Notes: a model not told the origin generated them from the letters alone. DNA of 64,000 nt from Gammaproteobacteria bacterium (GCA_965202915.1 OZ241847.1:1601288-1665287), one strand, 5' to 3'. Shown: positions 18,873 through 31,064, numbered from the stretch's first letter. Numbers and translations are program-made.

Positions 18873-20012
18873 TTAATCAAATAATAAACGCAGCTGATCC
18901 GACAGCCGGCGAAAAAAACTGCCTCTGGCTACGGAATGCAATGCAATGACCGGCGCCGATATGACCGGGTCTCCGGCCAATTGAATATTAAGCACGCCTA
19001 TTTCATCTCCTTTATCGATGGGCGCAATGATACGCCCTAAGTCGACCGTGGCTTCTAATTTTTCATACTGCCCCTTTGGAATGGTGATATATAGTTCTTG
19101 TGTTATGCCCAGGTCAATTGTTTCCTTTTTGCCCTTCCATACTTTGGCGGTGTCAATCGATTCGCCACCGTCGTATAATTTATGGGTTTCATAGAAACGA
19201 AATCCATAATCCAGCAACAACTGACTTTCCCTGTTTCTGGCGTCCGGGCTGCCCGTGCCCATCACCACCGAGATTAAACGCATACCATTTTCAATCGCGG
19301 ACGCGACAAGACAATAGCCCGCGTCTTCGGTGTGCCCGGTCTTTATTCCATCCACTGAATGCTTGTCCCACAATAATTTGTTTCTGTTGTATTGTTTTAT
19401 ATCGTTAAAGGTGAATTCGCGTATTGCATGCCAGGAATAAATCCTGGGAAAATCATTAATTAATGCGCCGGACAAGGTTGCCAGGTCCCTGACGGTGGTG
19501 TAATGCTCCGGTTCCGGCAAACCGGTGCTATTTAAATAATGGGTATTTTGCAGCCCCAATGTTTGGGCGTGTCGGTTCATTACATTGGCGAATACCTCTT
19601 CACTGCCTGATATGAATTCGGCCACCGCGACGCTGGCGTCATTGCCGGATTGTATGATTATGCCTTTTAACAGGTCCTCAACGGTAACTTTTTTACCCAC
19701 TTCAATAAACATTCTTGAGCCGGTCATGCGCCAGGCTTTTTCACTAATGAGGACCTCATCATCAAGCCGTATCCCACCACTTCTGAGAACGTCCGCGGCC
19801 ACGTACACCGTCATTATCTTGGTCAGGCTGGCGGAGGGTAATTTTTTGTCTATGTCACGTTCGACAATCACCTTGCCGCTGTGATGATCGACCAATATAT
19901 ATGATGATGCATTCAATTGTGGCGGAGCCGGGATGATTGTTTGAGCAACGGCCGCGCCACCAAGAGCGATTTGCATCAATACTATAAAACTATAAAGAAA
20001 GAATCTGAGCAT
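18873..20012 (-). CDS. dacA: D-alanyl-D-alanine carboxypeptidase (PBP5/6 family).
   Basis: Signal peptide, 'SLTKIMT' (SxxK), 'SGN' motif and 'KTG' motif. Confidence 0.9.
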   Translation of the reverse strand: MLRFFLYSFIVLMQIALGGAAVAQTIIPAPPQLNASSYILVDHHSGKVIVERDIDKKLPSASLTKIMTVYVAADVLRSGGIRLDDEVLISEKAWRMTGSRMFIEVGKKVTVEDLLKGIIIQSGNDASVAVAEFISGSEEVFANVMNRHAQTLGLQNTHYLNSTGLPEPEHYTTVRDLATLSGALINDFPRIYSWHAIREFTFNDIKQYNRNKLLWDKHSVDGIKTGHTEDAGYCLVASAIENGMRLISVVMGTGSPDARNRESQLLLDYGFRFYETHKLYDGGESIDTAKVWKGKKETIDLGITQELYITIPKGQYEKLEATVDLGRIIAPIDKGDEIGVLNIQLAGDPVISAPVIALHSVARGSFFRRLSDQLRLLFD

Positions 20013-20062
20013 ACTGGTATTTGTTTGGAAAATTAATCGTTATACCACTCAAGTGAAACCAG

Positions 20063-20917
20063 TTACTCGACAACGATGCGGTGTTCAAGCAGGTTCAAAT
20101 TTGTGAGCTGATAGACGATGAAGTCGGCCACGTCAATATTGTTAAGCGGCCCTATCCGTACACGATAAAAAGTATTCCCTTCAACAACGGCCGGGGCTAT
20201 TTTGACAAGGCGGTCGTCAATGGTATCCAATTGCCTGCGCATGTTTTCCGCATTATCCGGGTTGGAAAACGAACCAACCTGAATGTAAAAGCCCCGATCG
20301 CCATTGCCGGTGGATGCCTTTCTGACGGGTGTGGGCCGGGGTTCCGCTTTCTTGCCCGCCGTTTGCCGTACCGATTCTATGACGTTGATCTGAACCAGTC
20401 CCGTGCCACTGCCAACGATATCGAGTTTTGTGGCGGCGGCGTGAGACAGATCGATGATCCTGTTTTCATGAAAAGGTCCTCTGTCATTGACTCTGACTAT
20501 GGCCTTTTTGCCATTTTTTAAATTGGTTACTTCAACGTAGGTGGGCAGAGGCAAGGTTTTATGGGCGGCGGTCATGGCGTGCATATCATAGGTTTCCCCG
20601 CTTGACGTGCGCTTACCGTGAAATTTTTTTCCGTACCATGAAGCGATACCCCGCTCAACAAATCCCTTGGAATCGTTCATTACATAATAACGCTTGCCAA
20701 ACACTTCATATGATTTGGGATTTCCATAACGGCTTTTGGGTTCGGCCTTTGGCGTGGCATCCGGAATGGAAGAGGGATCCGTCGTGCCGGTCGGGGCCGC
20801 ATCCTGTTTTTTGTTGACGTTAAAACTGCAGGAACATGCGAGCGAAATGATTAATACAAACGGAAATAACCGAATAATACGCAGCCGGCCGGCTGACTTA
20901 AATGTACTATTAAACAC
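20063..20917 (-). CDS. rlpA: Septal ring lytic transglycosylase RlpA (DPBB domain plus SPOR domain).
   Basis: Lipoprotein signal sequence, DPBB core ('GIASWYG','HKTLPLP') and a C-terminal SPOR domain. Confidence 0.85.
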   Translation of the reverse strand: MFNSTFKSAGRLRIIRLFPFVLIISLACSCSFNVNKKQDAAPTGTTDPSSIPDATPKAEPKSRYGNPKSYEVFGKRYYVMNDSKGFVERGIASWYGKKFHGKRTSSGETYDMHAMTAAHKTLPLPTYVEVTNLKNGKKAIVRVNDRGPFHENRIIDLSHAAATKLDIVGSGTGLVQINVIESVRQTAGKKAEPRPTPVRKASTGNGDRGFYIQVGSFSNPDNAENMRRQLDTIDDRLVKIAPAVVEGNTFYRVRIGPLNNIDVADFIVYQLTNLNLLEHRIVVE

Positions 20918-20945
20918 CTTATTTACCCAAAGTTATCGATTTGAT

Positions 20946-21971
20946 TTACTGTTGCGAAGCCATATATGCGGCCTTTATTTTGGCGGATAGTTGATACACC
21001 GCCATGGCATAAAGAGCGCTGTGATTATATCGGGTTATAACGTAAAAATTGTGCAGCCCCAGCCATAATTCCACGCCATCCGCCAATTCCAATTCTATTA
21101 AGGTGACTTTTTCATTATTTGCTATTTTATCCGCACTTCTAATACCGGCCGCGACCAATTCCGAATAAACCAGCGCGGGTTTCAGATCTGTACTGATAAC
21201 CTTGTGATACTGATCATTTATCGCGGTCGCCTTTACCGTAACCGGGCCTCCCGGAAGCCAGTTGTGCAATTTAAAATAATTGGCCACGCTCCCTATGGCG
21301 TCGTATGGGTTATTCCATATATCGATATGACCATCATTATCAAAATCAATCGCGTAATGGCGGTAGCTGCTTGAAATAAATTGGGGAATACCCATTGCCC
21401 CGGCATAGGAGCCTTTGAGGGTGAGCGGATCAACATTCTGCTCCCGCGTCAATAATAAGTACTGTTCCAGCTCGGAACGAAAAAATTTGCTTCTTTTGGG
21501 ATAATCGAAAGCAAGCGTGGACAATGCATCCAATACTCGATAGCCGCCCTTTTGTTTGCCATAGAAGGTTTCCACGCCGATGATCGCGACCATGATCTCT
21601 TGCGGCACGCCAAATTCCCGCTCCGCTCTGGCCAGGATATTTTTATGTCGCCGCCAGAATTCCACGCCCCGCTGAACTCTGTCCTGTTGGACGAAGTAGG
21701 AGCGATATTTGTACCAGGCCAGCTTTTCCGCCGGGCGTGAAATTGCCTGCAGGATCGAGTCGGAAATCTTTACCCGGCTGAACAGTTTATACAACCGTTG
21801 TTGGGGAAAACCATGCGCGTCCTGCATTTCCGTTAAAAATGCCCGTACATCATTCCGATGGGTGATATTCTCCATCGAACTGGAGGTTAATAAAAACTGA
21901 GCAATGAGTGCGAGTGCTATTTTATGCATGATTGCTAATTTAAAAGGCCGGGAACCTGCGGTGCATGCCAA
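20946..21971 (-). CDS. mltB: Lytic murein transglycosylase B.
   Basis: MltB/Slt35-family length and motifs ('GAMGIPQF'), with a signal peptide. Confidence 0.85.
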   Translation of the reverse strand: MACTAGSRPFKLAIMHKIALALIAQFLLTSSSMENITHRNDVRAFLTEMQDAHGFPQQRLYKLFSRVKISDSILQAISRPAEKLAWYKYRSYFVQQDRVQRGVEFWRRHKNILARAEREFGVPQEIMVAIIGVETFYGKQKGGYRVLDALSTLAFDYPKRSKFFRSELEQYLLLTREQNVDPLTLKGSYAGAMGIPQFISSSYRHYAIDFDNDGHIDIWNNPYDAIGSVANYFKLHNWLPGGPVTVKATAINDQYHKVISTDLKPALVYSELVAAGIRSADKIANNEKVTLIELELADGVELWLGLHNFYVITRYNHSALYAMAVYQLSAKIKAAYMASQQ

Positions 21972-23031
21972 TGGCCATCAGTATTCCAAAACCGACTATT
22001 ATTGTTACCATGGAGGTGCCTCCCAGGCTGATCAGGGGCAGTGGCACACCGACAATGGGCAACTGACCGGTTACCATACCTATATTGACAAAAATATAAA
22101 CAAAAAAAGTTAATATCAGTCCGCTGGCCAACAGTTTGCAAAATATATCCTGTGTGTTCATCGCGATATAAAGTCCCCGTGCAATGATGAATAAATAGAC
22201 GCACAGCAATAGTGATACCCCAATCAAACCAAATTCCTCGCAAAAAACCGCAAATATAAAATCAGTGGACCGCTCGGGCAAAAATTCCAGGTGTGATTGT
22301 GTGCCGTTAAGCCAACCTTTTCCGTATAATCCACCGGAGCCAACTGCGATCTTGGATTGAATCATATGATACCCGGCACCGAGCGGATCCTGCTCCGGGT
22401 GTAAAAACGTAATGACTCTCTGGCGTTGATAATCATGCATGAAATGCCATAATACCGGCGTACAGGCGGCCACGGCCACACTTATGGAAAACAATAATTT
22501 CCATGATATTCCGGCTATGAATAAAACCGAAAAGCCGGCGGTGGCGACCAACAGCGCGGTCCCCAAATCGGGCTGTCGGGCGATTAACAACACCGGTATG
22601 ATAATCAATACGCCGGCGACGCACAAGTGCCCGGGGTTCGGAGGTAACGGCTTATTATATAAATACCACGCAATCATCATCGGCACCGAAATCTTTACCA
22701 GCTCCGATGGTTGAAAACGAAATATCTTTAAATCAAGCCATCGCTGTGCGCCTTTGCCCACGTCGCCGGCAAATATCACCGCAACCAGCAATAGCAGGCC
22801 GAACGTATATAAGGCCGGCGCCCATCGCGCAATTTGTTTGGGAGGGCATTGTGCGATTAAACACATGCCACTTATCGCAATCAGTATTTTTACAAATTGT
22901 CTATATACGATCCCGATCTCCTGTCCGGAAGCACTGTATAAAACCGCCAGGCCTATGCCGCATAATATGCAAATACCGCATAGCAACGGAATATCAATAT
23001 GCAACCGCTGAGGGAGTATGCGCCATTCCAT
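21940..23031 (-). CDS. rodA: Peptidoglycan glycosyltransferase RodA (SEDS family).
   Basis: Ten-TM protein of the FtsW/RodA family, located next to mrdA. Confidence 0.9.
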   Translation of the reverse strand: MEWRILPQRLHIDIPLLCGICILCGIGLAVLYSASGQEIGIVYRQFVKILIAISGMCLIAQCPPKQIARWAPALYTFGLLLLVAVIFAGDVGKGAQRWLDLKIFRFQPSELVKISVPMMIAWYLYNKPLPPNPGHLCVAGVLIIIPVLLIARQPDLGTALLVATAGFSVLFIAGISWKLLFSISVAVAACTPVLWHFMHDYQRQRVITFLHPEQDPLGAGYHMIQSKIAVGSGGLYGKGWLNGTQSHLEFLPERSTDFIFAVFCEEFGLIGVSLLLCVYLFIIARGLYIAMNTQDIFCKLLASGLILTFFVYIFVNIGMVTGQLPIVGVPLPLISLGGTSMVTIIVGFGILMAIGMHRRFPAF

Positions 23032-23059
23032 TTAAAACCGCTCCATATGTTTGCCTGGT

Positions 23060-24901
23060 TTATTCATCACCCAATAAATAATTATCGAATAATTTCCTGG
23101 CGATTGGAGCGGCGGTTCTTGCACCGCTCCCGCCATTCTCCACAATGATCGCAACCGCAATTTTGGGTTGTTCCACCGGGGCATATGCGATAAACAACGC
23201 ATGATCCTGCAACTCCACCGGGATCACGTCTTCATCGTACTCTTGATCCTGATCCAAACCAATTACCTGCGTCGTGCCGGTCTTGCCGGCAAATTCGTAT
23301 CCGGCTTCAAGGCCGCTGCGCCAGGCCGTGCCCCCGGCGCCGTGTACCACGTCGCGCATCGCGTGCGTCACGCTTGTCCAATTATCCGGATTATCGATTG
23401 CGACGTTATTTTCGATGACCGGTTCCAATATCCGGGTCGCGTCGCTGATTGGGTTACTGATTTTTGACACCAATCTCGGTTTAATCAACGCGCCGCCATT
23501 GGCAAGTGCGGCGGTGGCTCTGGCCAACTGTATTGGCGTGACCAGCATATATCCTTGGCCTATGCCCAGGATCAGGGTTTCCCCCGGATACCAGCTTTCG
23601 CCCAGCGCCTTCTGCTTCCACTCCCGAGAGGGTATCAAACCTTTGGATTCACCACTGATATCGATCTGAGTCGCCTTACCAAAGCCGAATTGTTGCAAGG
23701 CTCCATGGATACGTTCAATGCCAAGATCGTGGGCCAGGGCATAAAAATAAACGTCGCAGGACTGGGTAACGGCCTTATTGAAATCAGTCGCACTATGACC
23801 CTGTTTTTTCCAGTCGCGATAACGGTGATTATGGCCTTTTAATGAGTACCAGCCGGGACACCATGTCTCATCAGTGTGATCACGCACACCTGCTTCGAGT
23901 GCCGCAAATCCTATAAATGGTTTTATTGTCGAACCGGGGGAATATTGCCCTTGAATAGCCCGGTTGATCAACGGGGTTTGTTTGGATTGCAACAGCGCCT
24001 GATAAGCGGCCAAATCAATGCCGTTTACAAACAGGTTGGGATCATATCCCGGAGAGCTCACCGATGCCAGTACGTCGCCTGTATTTGGGTCGAGCGCAAC
24101 TATTGCGCCTTTTCTTCCCGCCAGGGATGCAAACGCAGTGCGTTGCAACGCCACGTTCAGGGTCAAATGTACATTGTCCCCGGACTTGGGCGAAGTACGC
24201 TCCAAAACCCTGATAATGCGGCCCTCGGCGTTCACTTCCACCTGCCGGTAGCCGACTGTGCCATGCAACATTTTTTCATAGGCCTTTTCAATGCCCAGCT
24301 TACCGGTATGGGTTGTGCCCCTGTAATTGACGTCGTCCAAATGCTTAATATCGTCCTCATCAATTTCGGCGACGTAGCCGATAATATGGGCAAATTCTTC
24401 AGCTATCGGATAATATCGGTGCAACCGCGCAATAATATCCACGCCACTATGGCGATGGCGGCTAATGGCAAATGCGGAGACTTCATTTTCATTCAAGTCA
24501 AACCGTAGCGGGATACTTTCATATCGCTTTTTTTGCTTCAGCAGGAAGTTAAACTGCTCTACGTCAAAATCGGTAATTCTGATAATTTTACGCAGTTCAA
24601 ATATAGTGGCGTCAACGTCGTCAACATTCTCCGGAGTAATTTCCAGGCTGAATGACGGTCTGTTTTTGGCCAGCATCACGCCGTCTTTACTGAAAATCGA
24701 TCCTCTGATCGGTGGAATCGGCAGCACTTTTATGCGATTATGCTGAGAGAGGGTGGTAAAATGCTCATGCTTCACCACCTGCAGATACACTAATTGCGCC
24801 CCCAATACCAGCACCAACAGCAGCATGATCACCGCAGACAGCACAATCCGCCGATTGGGCAATTGTATCTCCTGATCGGTGTCCCTTAACGTAAACTCCA
24901 C
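23060..24901 (-). CDS. mrdA: Penicillin-binding protein 2 (peptidoglycan D,D-transpeptidase).
   Basis: N-terminal TM segment, PBP dimerisation domain, and transpeptidase motifs 'STIKP','SCD','KTGT'. Confidence 0.9.
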   Translation of the reverse strand: MEFTLRDTDQEIQLPNRRIVLSAVIMLLLVLVLGAQLVYLQVVKHEHFTTLSQHNRIKVLPIPPIRGSIFSKDGVMLAKNRPSFSLEITPENVDDVDATIFELRKIIRITDFDVEQFNFLLKQKKRYESIPLRFDLNENEVSAFAISRHRHSGVDIIARLHRYYPIAEEFAHIIGYVAEIDEDDIKHLDDVNYRGTTHTGKLGIEKAYEKMLHGTVGYRQVEVNAEGRIIRVLERTSPKSGDNVHLTLNVALQRTAFASLAGRKGAIVALDPNTGDVLASVSSPGYDPNLFVNGIDLAAYQALLQSKQTPLINRAIQGQYSPGSTIKPFIGFAALEAGVRDHTDETWCPGWYSLKGHNHRYRDWKKQGHSATDFNKAVTQSCDVYFYALAHDLGIERIHGALQQFGFGKATQIDISGESKGLIPSREWKQKALGESWYPGETLILGIGQGYMLVTPIQLARATAALANGGALIKPRLVSKISNPISDATRILEPVIENNVAIDNPDNWTSVTHAMRDVVHGAGGTAWRSGLEAGYEFAGKTGTTQVIGLDQDQEYDEDVIPVELQDHALFIAYAPVEQPKIAVAIIVENGGSGARTAAPIARKLFDNYLLGDE

Positions 24902-24909
24902 GGGTATTT

Positions 24910-25407
24910 TTACGCCGAATCGGCAATAATATATTTACGTCGGGTATCCCTGAGAATAATAAACACCCAGGGCCAGATAAGCATGCTGGTCAGTGCGGGC
25001 ATCCAGTAAGTCCAGCTTTGCGGAGGCACCCCGATAATGATTCTTATCATCAGCACTATAAACTCATACACCAGCAAATAGCAGCATATCATTATGGCTT
25101 GCCTCGGCAACGGGGCAATACGCATGCGCTGATATGATTTTAAGGTAATATATGCAAGCATTGTAAAACCCATCGCGTTGAGGCCAAGGACGGTTCCTTG
25201 CTGCACGTCCAGCAACATGCCCACCAGCCAACCAACGCCGATCCCGATTCTTTCCGGCATCGCCATGCACCAATAAATCAGCACCAATGCCAGCCAGGCG
25301 GGACGCCAGCTAATCGACCAATCAGGCATCGGTATCACCATTAGCATCATCGCGATGATGAAACTCAGGAAAATTATCCAACTGCCTTTCAGCGGCGCCT
25401 CAATCAT
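24910..25407 (-). CDS. mreD: Rod shape-determining protein MreD.
   Basis: Small polytopic membrane protein lying after mreC. Confidence 0.8.
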   Translation of the reverse strand: MIEAPLKGSWIIFLSFIIAMMLMVIPMPDWSISWRPAWLALVLIYWCMAMPERIGIGVGWLVGMLLDVQQGTVLGLNAMGFTMLAYITLKSYQRMRIAPLPRQAIMICCYLLVYEFIVLMIRIIIGVPPQSWTYWMPALTSMLIWPWVFIILRDTRRKYIIADSA

Positions 25408-26282
25408 TGCAAAGCATAGTCCTCAAGTTGACGCTCCCGCGATGTATGTTCATTCGGCCATATCATTAATACCTCGCGACTTTGACCCAGTTGTGCACTC
25501 GCCTTAACGACGATTTTTGCAAATGATTCACCGGGCTCAAGAGTAATTTTTGTCACCACGCCAACCGGATAACCCCTGGGGAAACGCTGACCAAGCCCCG
25601 ATGAAATGACCAGATCACCCTGTCTTACGTCGGCGTTAGTGGGCAGATGGTCGAGATGCAGATATTCCTTATCCCCCATGCCCGTGGCTATTGCCCTGAG
25701 ACCATTGCGGTCGATCTGCACCGGCAGGGCATGGGAGAGATCGGTGACCAATAACACCGTGCTCGAGAATGGGCCGACGTCCACTATTTGCCCCATAATG
25801 CCGGAGGCATCCACTATCGGTTGACCATTATAAGCCCCTTGCTTTTCGCCTTTATTGATCACAATTTGCTGACGAAACGGCTGCATATTGACAGCGAGCA
25901 ATTCCGCGAGTAATACCCGATCATTGATTTGAAACGACGATTCAAGCAATTCTTTTAATCGCTTATTCTCTTCTTCAAGGATGGTAAAGCGTTGCAGCTT
26001 GGCATTTAATAACAGGTGTTCTTCCTTGAGATTTCGGTTCTCCCGTATCAGGCTGTTACGGGTGATCATATATGCGGTTATCGAGTCGACCAGGTCAACC
26101 GAGAGACTGGACACGAACTGCAGGGGATATACCATGGTGCCAAACACGGAGCGAACAAATTTCAGGTGATCATGTCTATGATCCAACGCCATGAACAATA
26201 TGGAGAGTAATATAAAAAATATAACGCGTACGTTAGCCGATAGACCCTTAATAAACGGAGTATTAATAGAAGGACTGCGCAA
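25404..26282 (-). CDS. mreC: Rod shape-determining protein MreC.
   Basis: N-terminal TM segment, coiled coil, then beta-domain. Positioned between mreB and mreD. Confidence 0.85.
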   Translation of the reverse strand: MRSPSINTPFIKGLSANVRVIFFILLSILFMALDHRHDHLKFVRSVFGTMVYPLQFVSSLSVDLVDSITAYMITRNSLIRENRNLKEEHLLLNAKLQRFTILEEENKRLKELLESSFQINDRVLLAELLAVNMQPFRQQIVINKGEKQGAYNGQPIVDASGIMGQIVDVGPFSSTVLLVTDLSHALPVQIDRNGLRAIATGMGDKEYLHLDHLPTNADVRQGDLVISSGLGQRFPRGYPVGVVTKITLEPGESFAKIVVKASAQLGQSREVLMIWPNEHTSRERQLEDYALQ

Positions 26283-26296
26283 TTTCAGCCGGCCAT

Positions 26297-27343
26297 TTAT
26301 TCTGTTACTAAAATATCGCTACCATACTGATCGATCATTTCCAAATAACAACCGCCCCCGCGGACAACGCAGGTTAACGGGTCCTCGGCAATAATAACGG
26401 GCAAACTGGTTTCCTCCATTAACAGGCGGTCCAGATTTTTTAATAAAGCGCCGCCACCGGTTAATACCAGCCCGCGTTCGGCAACGTCCGCGCCCAGTTC
26501 CGGAGGGGTTTTTTCCAGTGCTTTTTTGACGGCATCGACAACTCCCGACAACGGTTCCTGTAATGCTTCAAGAATTTCATTACTGTTCAGCGTCAGATTG
26601 CGCGGAATACCTTCGGCAAGGTTGCGTCCACGCACTTCCATTTCCATCACCTGCTTGCTCGGATAAGCACAGCCGATCTCAAGTTTAATTTCCTCCGCCG
26701 TCGCATCCCCGATTAAACTGCCGTATTTGCGTCGTATATAACTGATGATGGCTTCGTCAAAACGATCACCGCCTATCCTGACGGAATCCGAATAAACAAT
26801 GCCATTTAATGAAATTACCGCGACCTCGGTGGTGCCGCCGCCGATATCCAATACCATCGAACCGCGTGCGTCACTTACCGGCATGCCGGCACCAATTGCC
26901 GCCGCCATCGGCTCCTCAATAAGATACACCGATCTGGCGCCCGCGCCATTGGCCGATTCCCGAATTGCCCGACGTTCGACTTGGGTGGAACCGCATGGCA
27001 CACAGATCAATACTCTGGGGCTTGGCTTAAACAGGGTGGCACCATGGACGCTGTTAATGAAATATTGCAACATCTTCTCGGTGACGGTGAAATCGGCAAT
27101 CACACCGTCTTTTAACGGACGAATGGCGTGGATATGGCCGGGAGTGCGACCCAGCATGCGTTTTGCCGCCGTGCCGATTGCGCGGATGGATTTGGTGTTG
27201 AGCGTCCCGCCATTCTTGCGGATTGCAACCACCGACGGTTCATCCAGAATAATCCCTTTGCCCCGCACGTAAATCAACGTATTTGCGGTGCCAAGGTCTA
27301 TCGATAAATCGTTGGAGAAAAATCCTCTTAATCGTCGCAACAT
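26297..27343 (-). CDS. mreB: Rod shape-determining protein MreB (actin homologue).
   Basis: '[11 protein letters not shown]' phosphate-1 motif and '[10 protein letters not shown]' phosphate-2 motif. Confidence 0.95.
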   Translation of the reverse strand: MLRRLRGFFSNDLSIDLGTANTLIYVRGKGIILDEPSVVAIRKNGGTLNTKSIRAIGTAAKRMLGRTPGHIHAIRPLKDGVIADFTVTEKMLQYFINSVHGATLFKPSPRVLICVPCGSTQVERRAIRESANGAGARSVYLIEEPMAAAIGAGMPVSDARGSMVLDIGGGTTEVAVISLNGIVYSDSVRIGGDRFDEAIISYIRRKYGSLIGDATAEEIKLEIGCAYPSKQVMEMEVRGRNLAEGIPRNLTLNSNEILEALQEPLSGVVDAVKKALEKTPPELGADVAERGLVLTGGGALLKNLDRLLMEETSLPVIIAEDPLTCVVRGGGCYLEMIDQYGSDILVTE

Positions 27344-27590
27344 GAGGTCTGTATCAACTCAGAAATGGTTGCAAACTAAATTATTTGCGCACAAGCTTAC
27401 AATAAGCATAATATCATCCGACGGATGCATTCAACGATGCCCGGAGGCAAATTTCACCAACGGTCTAAAATTCCTCATGATTTTTTAATTGTATAAGGTG
27501 TCACTGTAGCAACAGAACCTAAGTCAGGCAAGTAGATTTATATAATAATTATATCAAAATCAATGAATCACAATCGGACCTTTATGTCAC

Positions 27591-27878
27591 ATGTCATTTG
27601 ATAAATCAAATTTGGCAAAAATAGCCCGTCTGGCCAGGCTCAATATCGCGGCGGATGACCTGAATAGTTACACCCAGGATATAAACAATATTCTCGACCT
27701 GGTGGACGCGATGAACAGCGTCAACACCGATGGTATTGCGCCGTTGGCCCACCCTCTGGAAATATCGGCACGATTACGAGCGGATGAGGTCACTGAAACC
27801 GATCAGCGAGCGCATTTCCAACAACAGGCCCCTGTGATTGCCGATGGTTACTATATTGTGTCCAAAGTTATCGAATAA
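27591..27878 (+). CDS. gatC: Asp-tRNA(Asn)/Glu-tRNA(Gln) amidotransferase subunit C.
   Basis: 95 aa, with 'LARLNI..DDL' and 'ILDLVDAMNSV'. Confidence 0.9.
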   Translation: MSFDKSNLAKIARLARLNIAADDLNSYTQDINNILDLVDAMNSVNTDGIAPLAHPLEISARLRADEVTETDQRAHFQQQAPVIADGYYIVSKVIE

Positions 27879-27908
27879 TCATGCGTACCGTTTACCTGTA
27901 ATTTCTTC

Positions 27909-29363
27909 ATGCATGACAAAACGCTGTTGCAACTGTCCCATGCCTTAAAATCGAAGGCGATCAGCAGTGAAGAACTAACCCTGCTTTTTCTTGACCGCTG
28001 TCATTCTCTTAATGCAGCCCTGAATTGTTTTATTACCATCAACGATGAGCAGGCGTTGCGGCAGGCAAGAAACGCCGACAAAGAAATTCAACAAGGCGAC
28101 CCTTCACCCCTTGCCGGCGTCCCGTTGGCACATAAGGATATCTTTTGCACCGCCGGGGTAAAAACCAGTTGTGCATCCGGGATGTTGGATAATTTCCATG
28201 CCCCTTATGATGCAACGGTAGTGGAGAAACTGAATCAAGCGGGCATGGTGACCCTGGGTAAAACCAATATGGATGAGTTTGCAATGGGCTCGTCGACTGA
28301 AACCAGCTATTATGGGCCCGTTGCCAACCCGTGGAATAAAGACCATGTTCCGGGCGGTTCATCCGGTGGTTCCGCCGCCGCGGTTGCCGCATGTATGGTG
28401 CCGGCCGCCACCGCTACCGACACCGGCGGCTCAATTCGTCAACCTGCGTCATTCTGCGGCGTCACCGGCCTTAAACCGACCTATGGACTGGTTTCCCGTT
28501 ATGGAATGATCGCATTTGCCTCCAGTCTTGATCAAGCGGGGCCGATGACGCGCACCGCACAGGATGCCGCTTTATTACTCAATCATATGGCGGGATTTGA
28601 CCAACGTGATTCAACCTCCATGCAACAACGGCCCGGCGATTACACGGCCAGCCTGGGCAATCCAATCGAGGGCTTAAAAATAGGCGTGCCTAAGGAATAC
28701 TTTGGCGCGGAGCTGGATGGCGGCGTGGCAACGCTGATACAGGATGGGCTCAAACAATTTGAGCGGCAGGGCGCGATCATTCAAGACGTACAATTACTCA
28801 ATACCCATCTTGCCATCCCGGCGTATTACGTTGTTGCTTCGGCCGAATGTTCATCCAACCTGGCGCGCTACGACGGCGTGCGCTTCGGCCATCGCTGTAA
28901 AAATCCAAAAGATTTAATGGACCTGTTTTGCCGCTCACGCGGAGAGGGTTTTGGCAGCGAGGTCAAACGCAGAATCATGATAGGCACTTATGCATTGTCC
29001 GCCGGGTACTACGATGCTTATTACATCAAGGCCCAACAGATTCGTCGTTTAATCAAACAGGATTTTGAAGGCGCCTTCAAAGACGTCGATCTGATACTGA
29101 GTCCCACCACCCCCGGCACCGCGTTTAAGAAAAAAGAGCGCATGGATGATCCGGTTACCATGTATCTGTCGGACCGCTATACCGTGGCCGTCAACCTTGC
29201 CGGATTACCGGCCATATCCATCCCGGTGGGATTCAAAAATGAATTACCGGTCGGTATGCAGTTGATTGGCCCCTACTTTCGGGAAGCACTGCTATTAAAT
29301 GCAGCCCATCAGTATCAACTTAATACCGACTGGCACCTGCAAGTACCGGGGGCATTTCAATAA
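27909..29363 (+). CDS. gatA: Glutamyl-tRNA(Gln) amidotransferase subunit A.
   Basis: Amidase signature '[13 protein letters not shown]'. Confidence 0.95.
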   Translation: MHDKTLLQLSHALKSKAISSEELTLLFLDRCHSLNAALNCFITINDEQALRQARNADKEIQQGDPSPLAGVPLAHKDIFCTAGVKTSCASGMLDNFHAPYDATVVEKLNQAGMVTLGKTNMDEFAMGSSTETSYYGPVANPWNKDHVPGGSSGGSAAAVAACMVPAATATDTGGSIRQPASFCGVTGLKPTYGLVSRYGMIAFASSLDQAGPMTRTAQDAALLLNHMAGFDQRDSTSMQQRPGDYTASLGNPIEGLKIGVPKEYFGAELDGGVATLIQDGLKQFERQGAIIQDVQLLNTHLAIPAYYVVASAECSSNLARYDGVRFGHRCKNPKDLMDLFCRSRGEGFGSEVKRRIMIGTYALSAGYYDAYYIKAQQIRRLIKQDFEGAFKDVDLILSPTTPGTAFKKKERMDDPVTMYLSDRYTVAVNLAGLPAISIPVGFKNELPVGMQLIGPYFREALLLNAAHQYQLNTDWHLQVPGAFQ

Positions 29364-30811
29364 TGGCGTGGGAAGCGGTTATCGGACTCGAAATCCATTG
29401 TCAACTGGCCACCCGGAGTAAAATCTTTTCCGGCGCGGCCACCCGATATGGCGCCGATCCCAATACCCAGGCCTGTGCCGTTGATTTGGGTTTGCCCGGC
29501 GTCTTGCCGGTATTGAACCGGCGGGTGGTGGAAATGGCCATTCGCTTTGGTCTTGCGATAAATGCGGAGATTGCCAACGCCTCGGTATTTACCAGAAAAA
29601 ACTATTTTTACCCCGATCTGCCCAAGGGTTACCAGATCAGCCAATATGAACGTCCGGTTGTGGGCAAGGGACAGATCATGATTGAACTGGAAAATGGCGG
29701 CAGTAAAACCATAGGCATTACCCGTGCGCATTTGGAAGAAGATACCGGCAAGAGCGACCATGACAGCTTTGGCGGTCTTAGCGGTATAGACCTGAACCGA
29801 GCCGGAACGCCACTGATTGAGATCGTCTCCGAGCCGGATATGCGCAATGCCCGGGAGGCCGTTGCCTACATGAAGAAAATTCACAGCCTGGTGCGCTGCC
29901 TGGGAATTTCAGACGGCAATATGCAGGAAGGATCGTTTCGTTGCGACGCCAACGTATCAGTACGCACGCGGGGCGAAAAAAAACTGGGTACGCGGACAGA
30001 ATTAAAAAACATCAATTCCTTCCGTTTTGTCGAACAGGCGATCAATTATGAAATAGAGAGACAGATAGCAGTCCTTGAAGAGGACGGCGAGATCATGCAG
30101 GAAACCCGCCTGTATGATCCGGCCAGGCATGTAACCCGCCCCATGCGCACCAAGGAAGAGGCCAATGATTATCGCTACTTCCCGGATCCGGACCTGTTAC
30201 CGGTCACCATTGATCCCGAATTCATAGAACAAATCCGCAGTGAATTACCGGAACTGCCGGACGCCAAAAAACAACGCTTTATAACCGTATTCAAGCTATC
30301 TGAATACGACGGCATCGCGTTAAGCTCGCAAAAAGAGATGGCTGATTATTTTGAAGCCTGCGTAAAAGCGGCGGATGGTGAAGCCAAACTCAGTGCCAAT
30401 TGGATCTTGGGAGGGCTGTCGGCCTTATTAAACAGAGAAGACAAAGACATCACCGAGAGTCCGGTGAGTGCGCAAATGTTGGGCGGCATGATCAGGCGCA
30501 TCAAAGATAACACCCTTTCCGACACGATGGCGAAACAAGTCTTTGAGGCCATGTGGCAGGGTGAAGGCACGGCCGACCAGATCATTGAAACCAGGGGTTT
30601 AAAACAAATGTCTGATCCCGGAGAATTGGAAAGACTGGTGCAACAAGTCATAGCCAATCATCCGGCTCAGGTTGAACAATACCGCGGCAGCCCGGCGGAC
30701 AAACAAAAGAAATTGATCGGCTTCTTTGTCGGTCAAATAATGAAAGCCACCAGTGGCAAGGCCAACCCGCGACAAGTGAACCGGCTATTGCATGACAATT
30801 TGACAAAATAA
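29363..30811 (+). CDS. gatB: Asp-tRNA(Asn)/Glu-tRNA(Gln) amidotransferase subunit B.
   Basis: GatB motifs at the N-terminus ('[13 protein letters not shown]'). Confidence 0.95.
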   Translation: MAWEAVIGLEIHCQLATRSKIFSGAATRYGADPNTQACAVDLGLPGVLPVLNRRVVEMAIRFGLAINAEIANASVFTRKNYFYPDLPKGYQISQYERPVVGKGQIMIELENGGSKTIGITRAHLEEDTGKSDHDSFGGLSGIDLNRAGTPLIEIVSEPDMRNAREAVAYMKKIHSLVRCLGISDGNMQEGSFRCDANVSVRTRGEKKLGTRTELKNINSFRFVEQAINYEIERQIAVLEEDGEIMQETRLYDPARHVTRPMRTKEEANDYRYFPDPDLLPVTIDPEFIEQIRSELPELPDAKKQRFITVFKLSEYDGIALSSQKEMADYFEACVKAADGEAKLSANWILGGLSALLNREDKDITESPVSAQMLGGMIRRIKDNTLSDTMAKQVFEAMWQGEGTADQIIETRGLKQMSDPGELERLVQQVIANHPAQVEQYRGSPADKQKKLIGFFVGQIMKATSGKANPRQVNRLLHDNLTK

Positions 30812-31064
30812 TCCGGTCCGGCGGATAAAAAAATTAATTTTGGCCGGCGAAGTCGTAACTTGTTATTGTGGGCGAACACATGATTAACCGACGTCTGGCC
30901 TTTTACCATTTCCCGGCCCAGCACTGGCAGAGATCAGGACCAGCAATCGGATTAAATCGACCTTCGGGATGATTCGGCATCGCACGAAGCGCTCGAAGGG
31001 CTGTTTGACGTGCGATTAGGATGCTGCACATGCTGTTCAAACTGGGGACGTGTGCGGAGAAAGC

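Noticed and set aside
23168-24746. Plus-strand ORFs of 93-210 aa inside mrdA
   Set aside because: They are antisense to a conserved PBP2 gene.
30811-30860. Possible rho-independent terminator after gatB
   Set aside because: The stem has only about 5 bp and mismatches, and is followed by an A-run rather than a T-run. It is not convincing.
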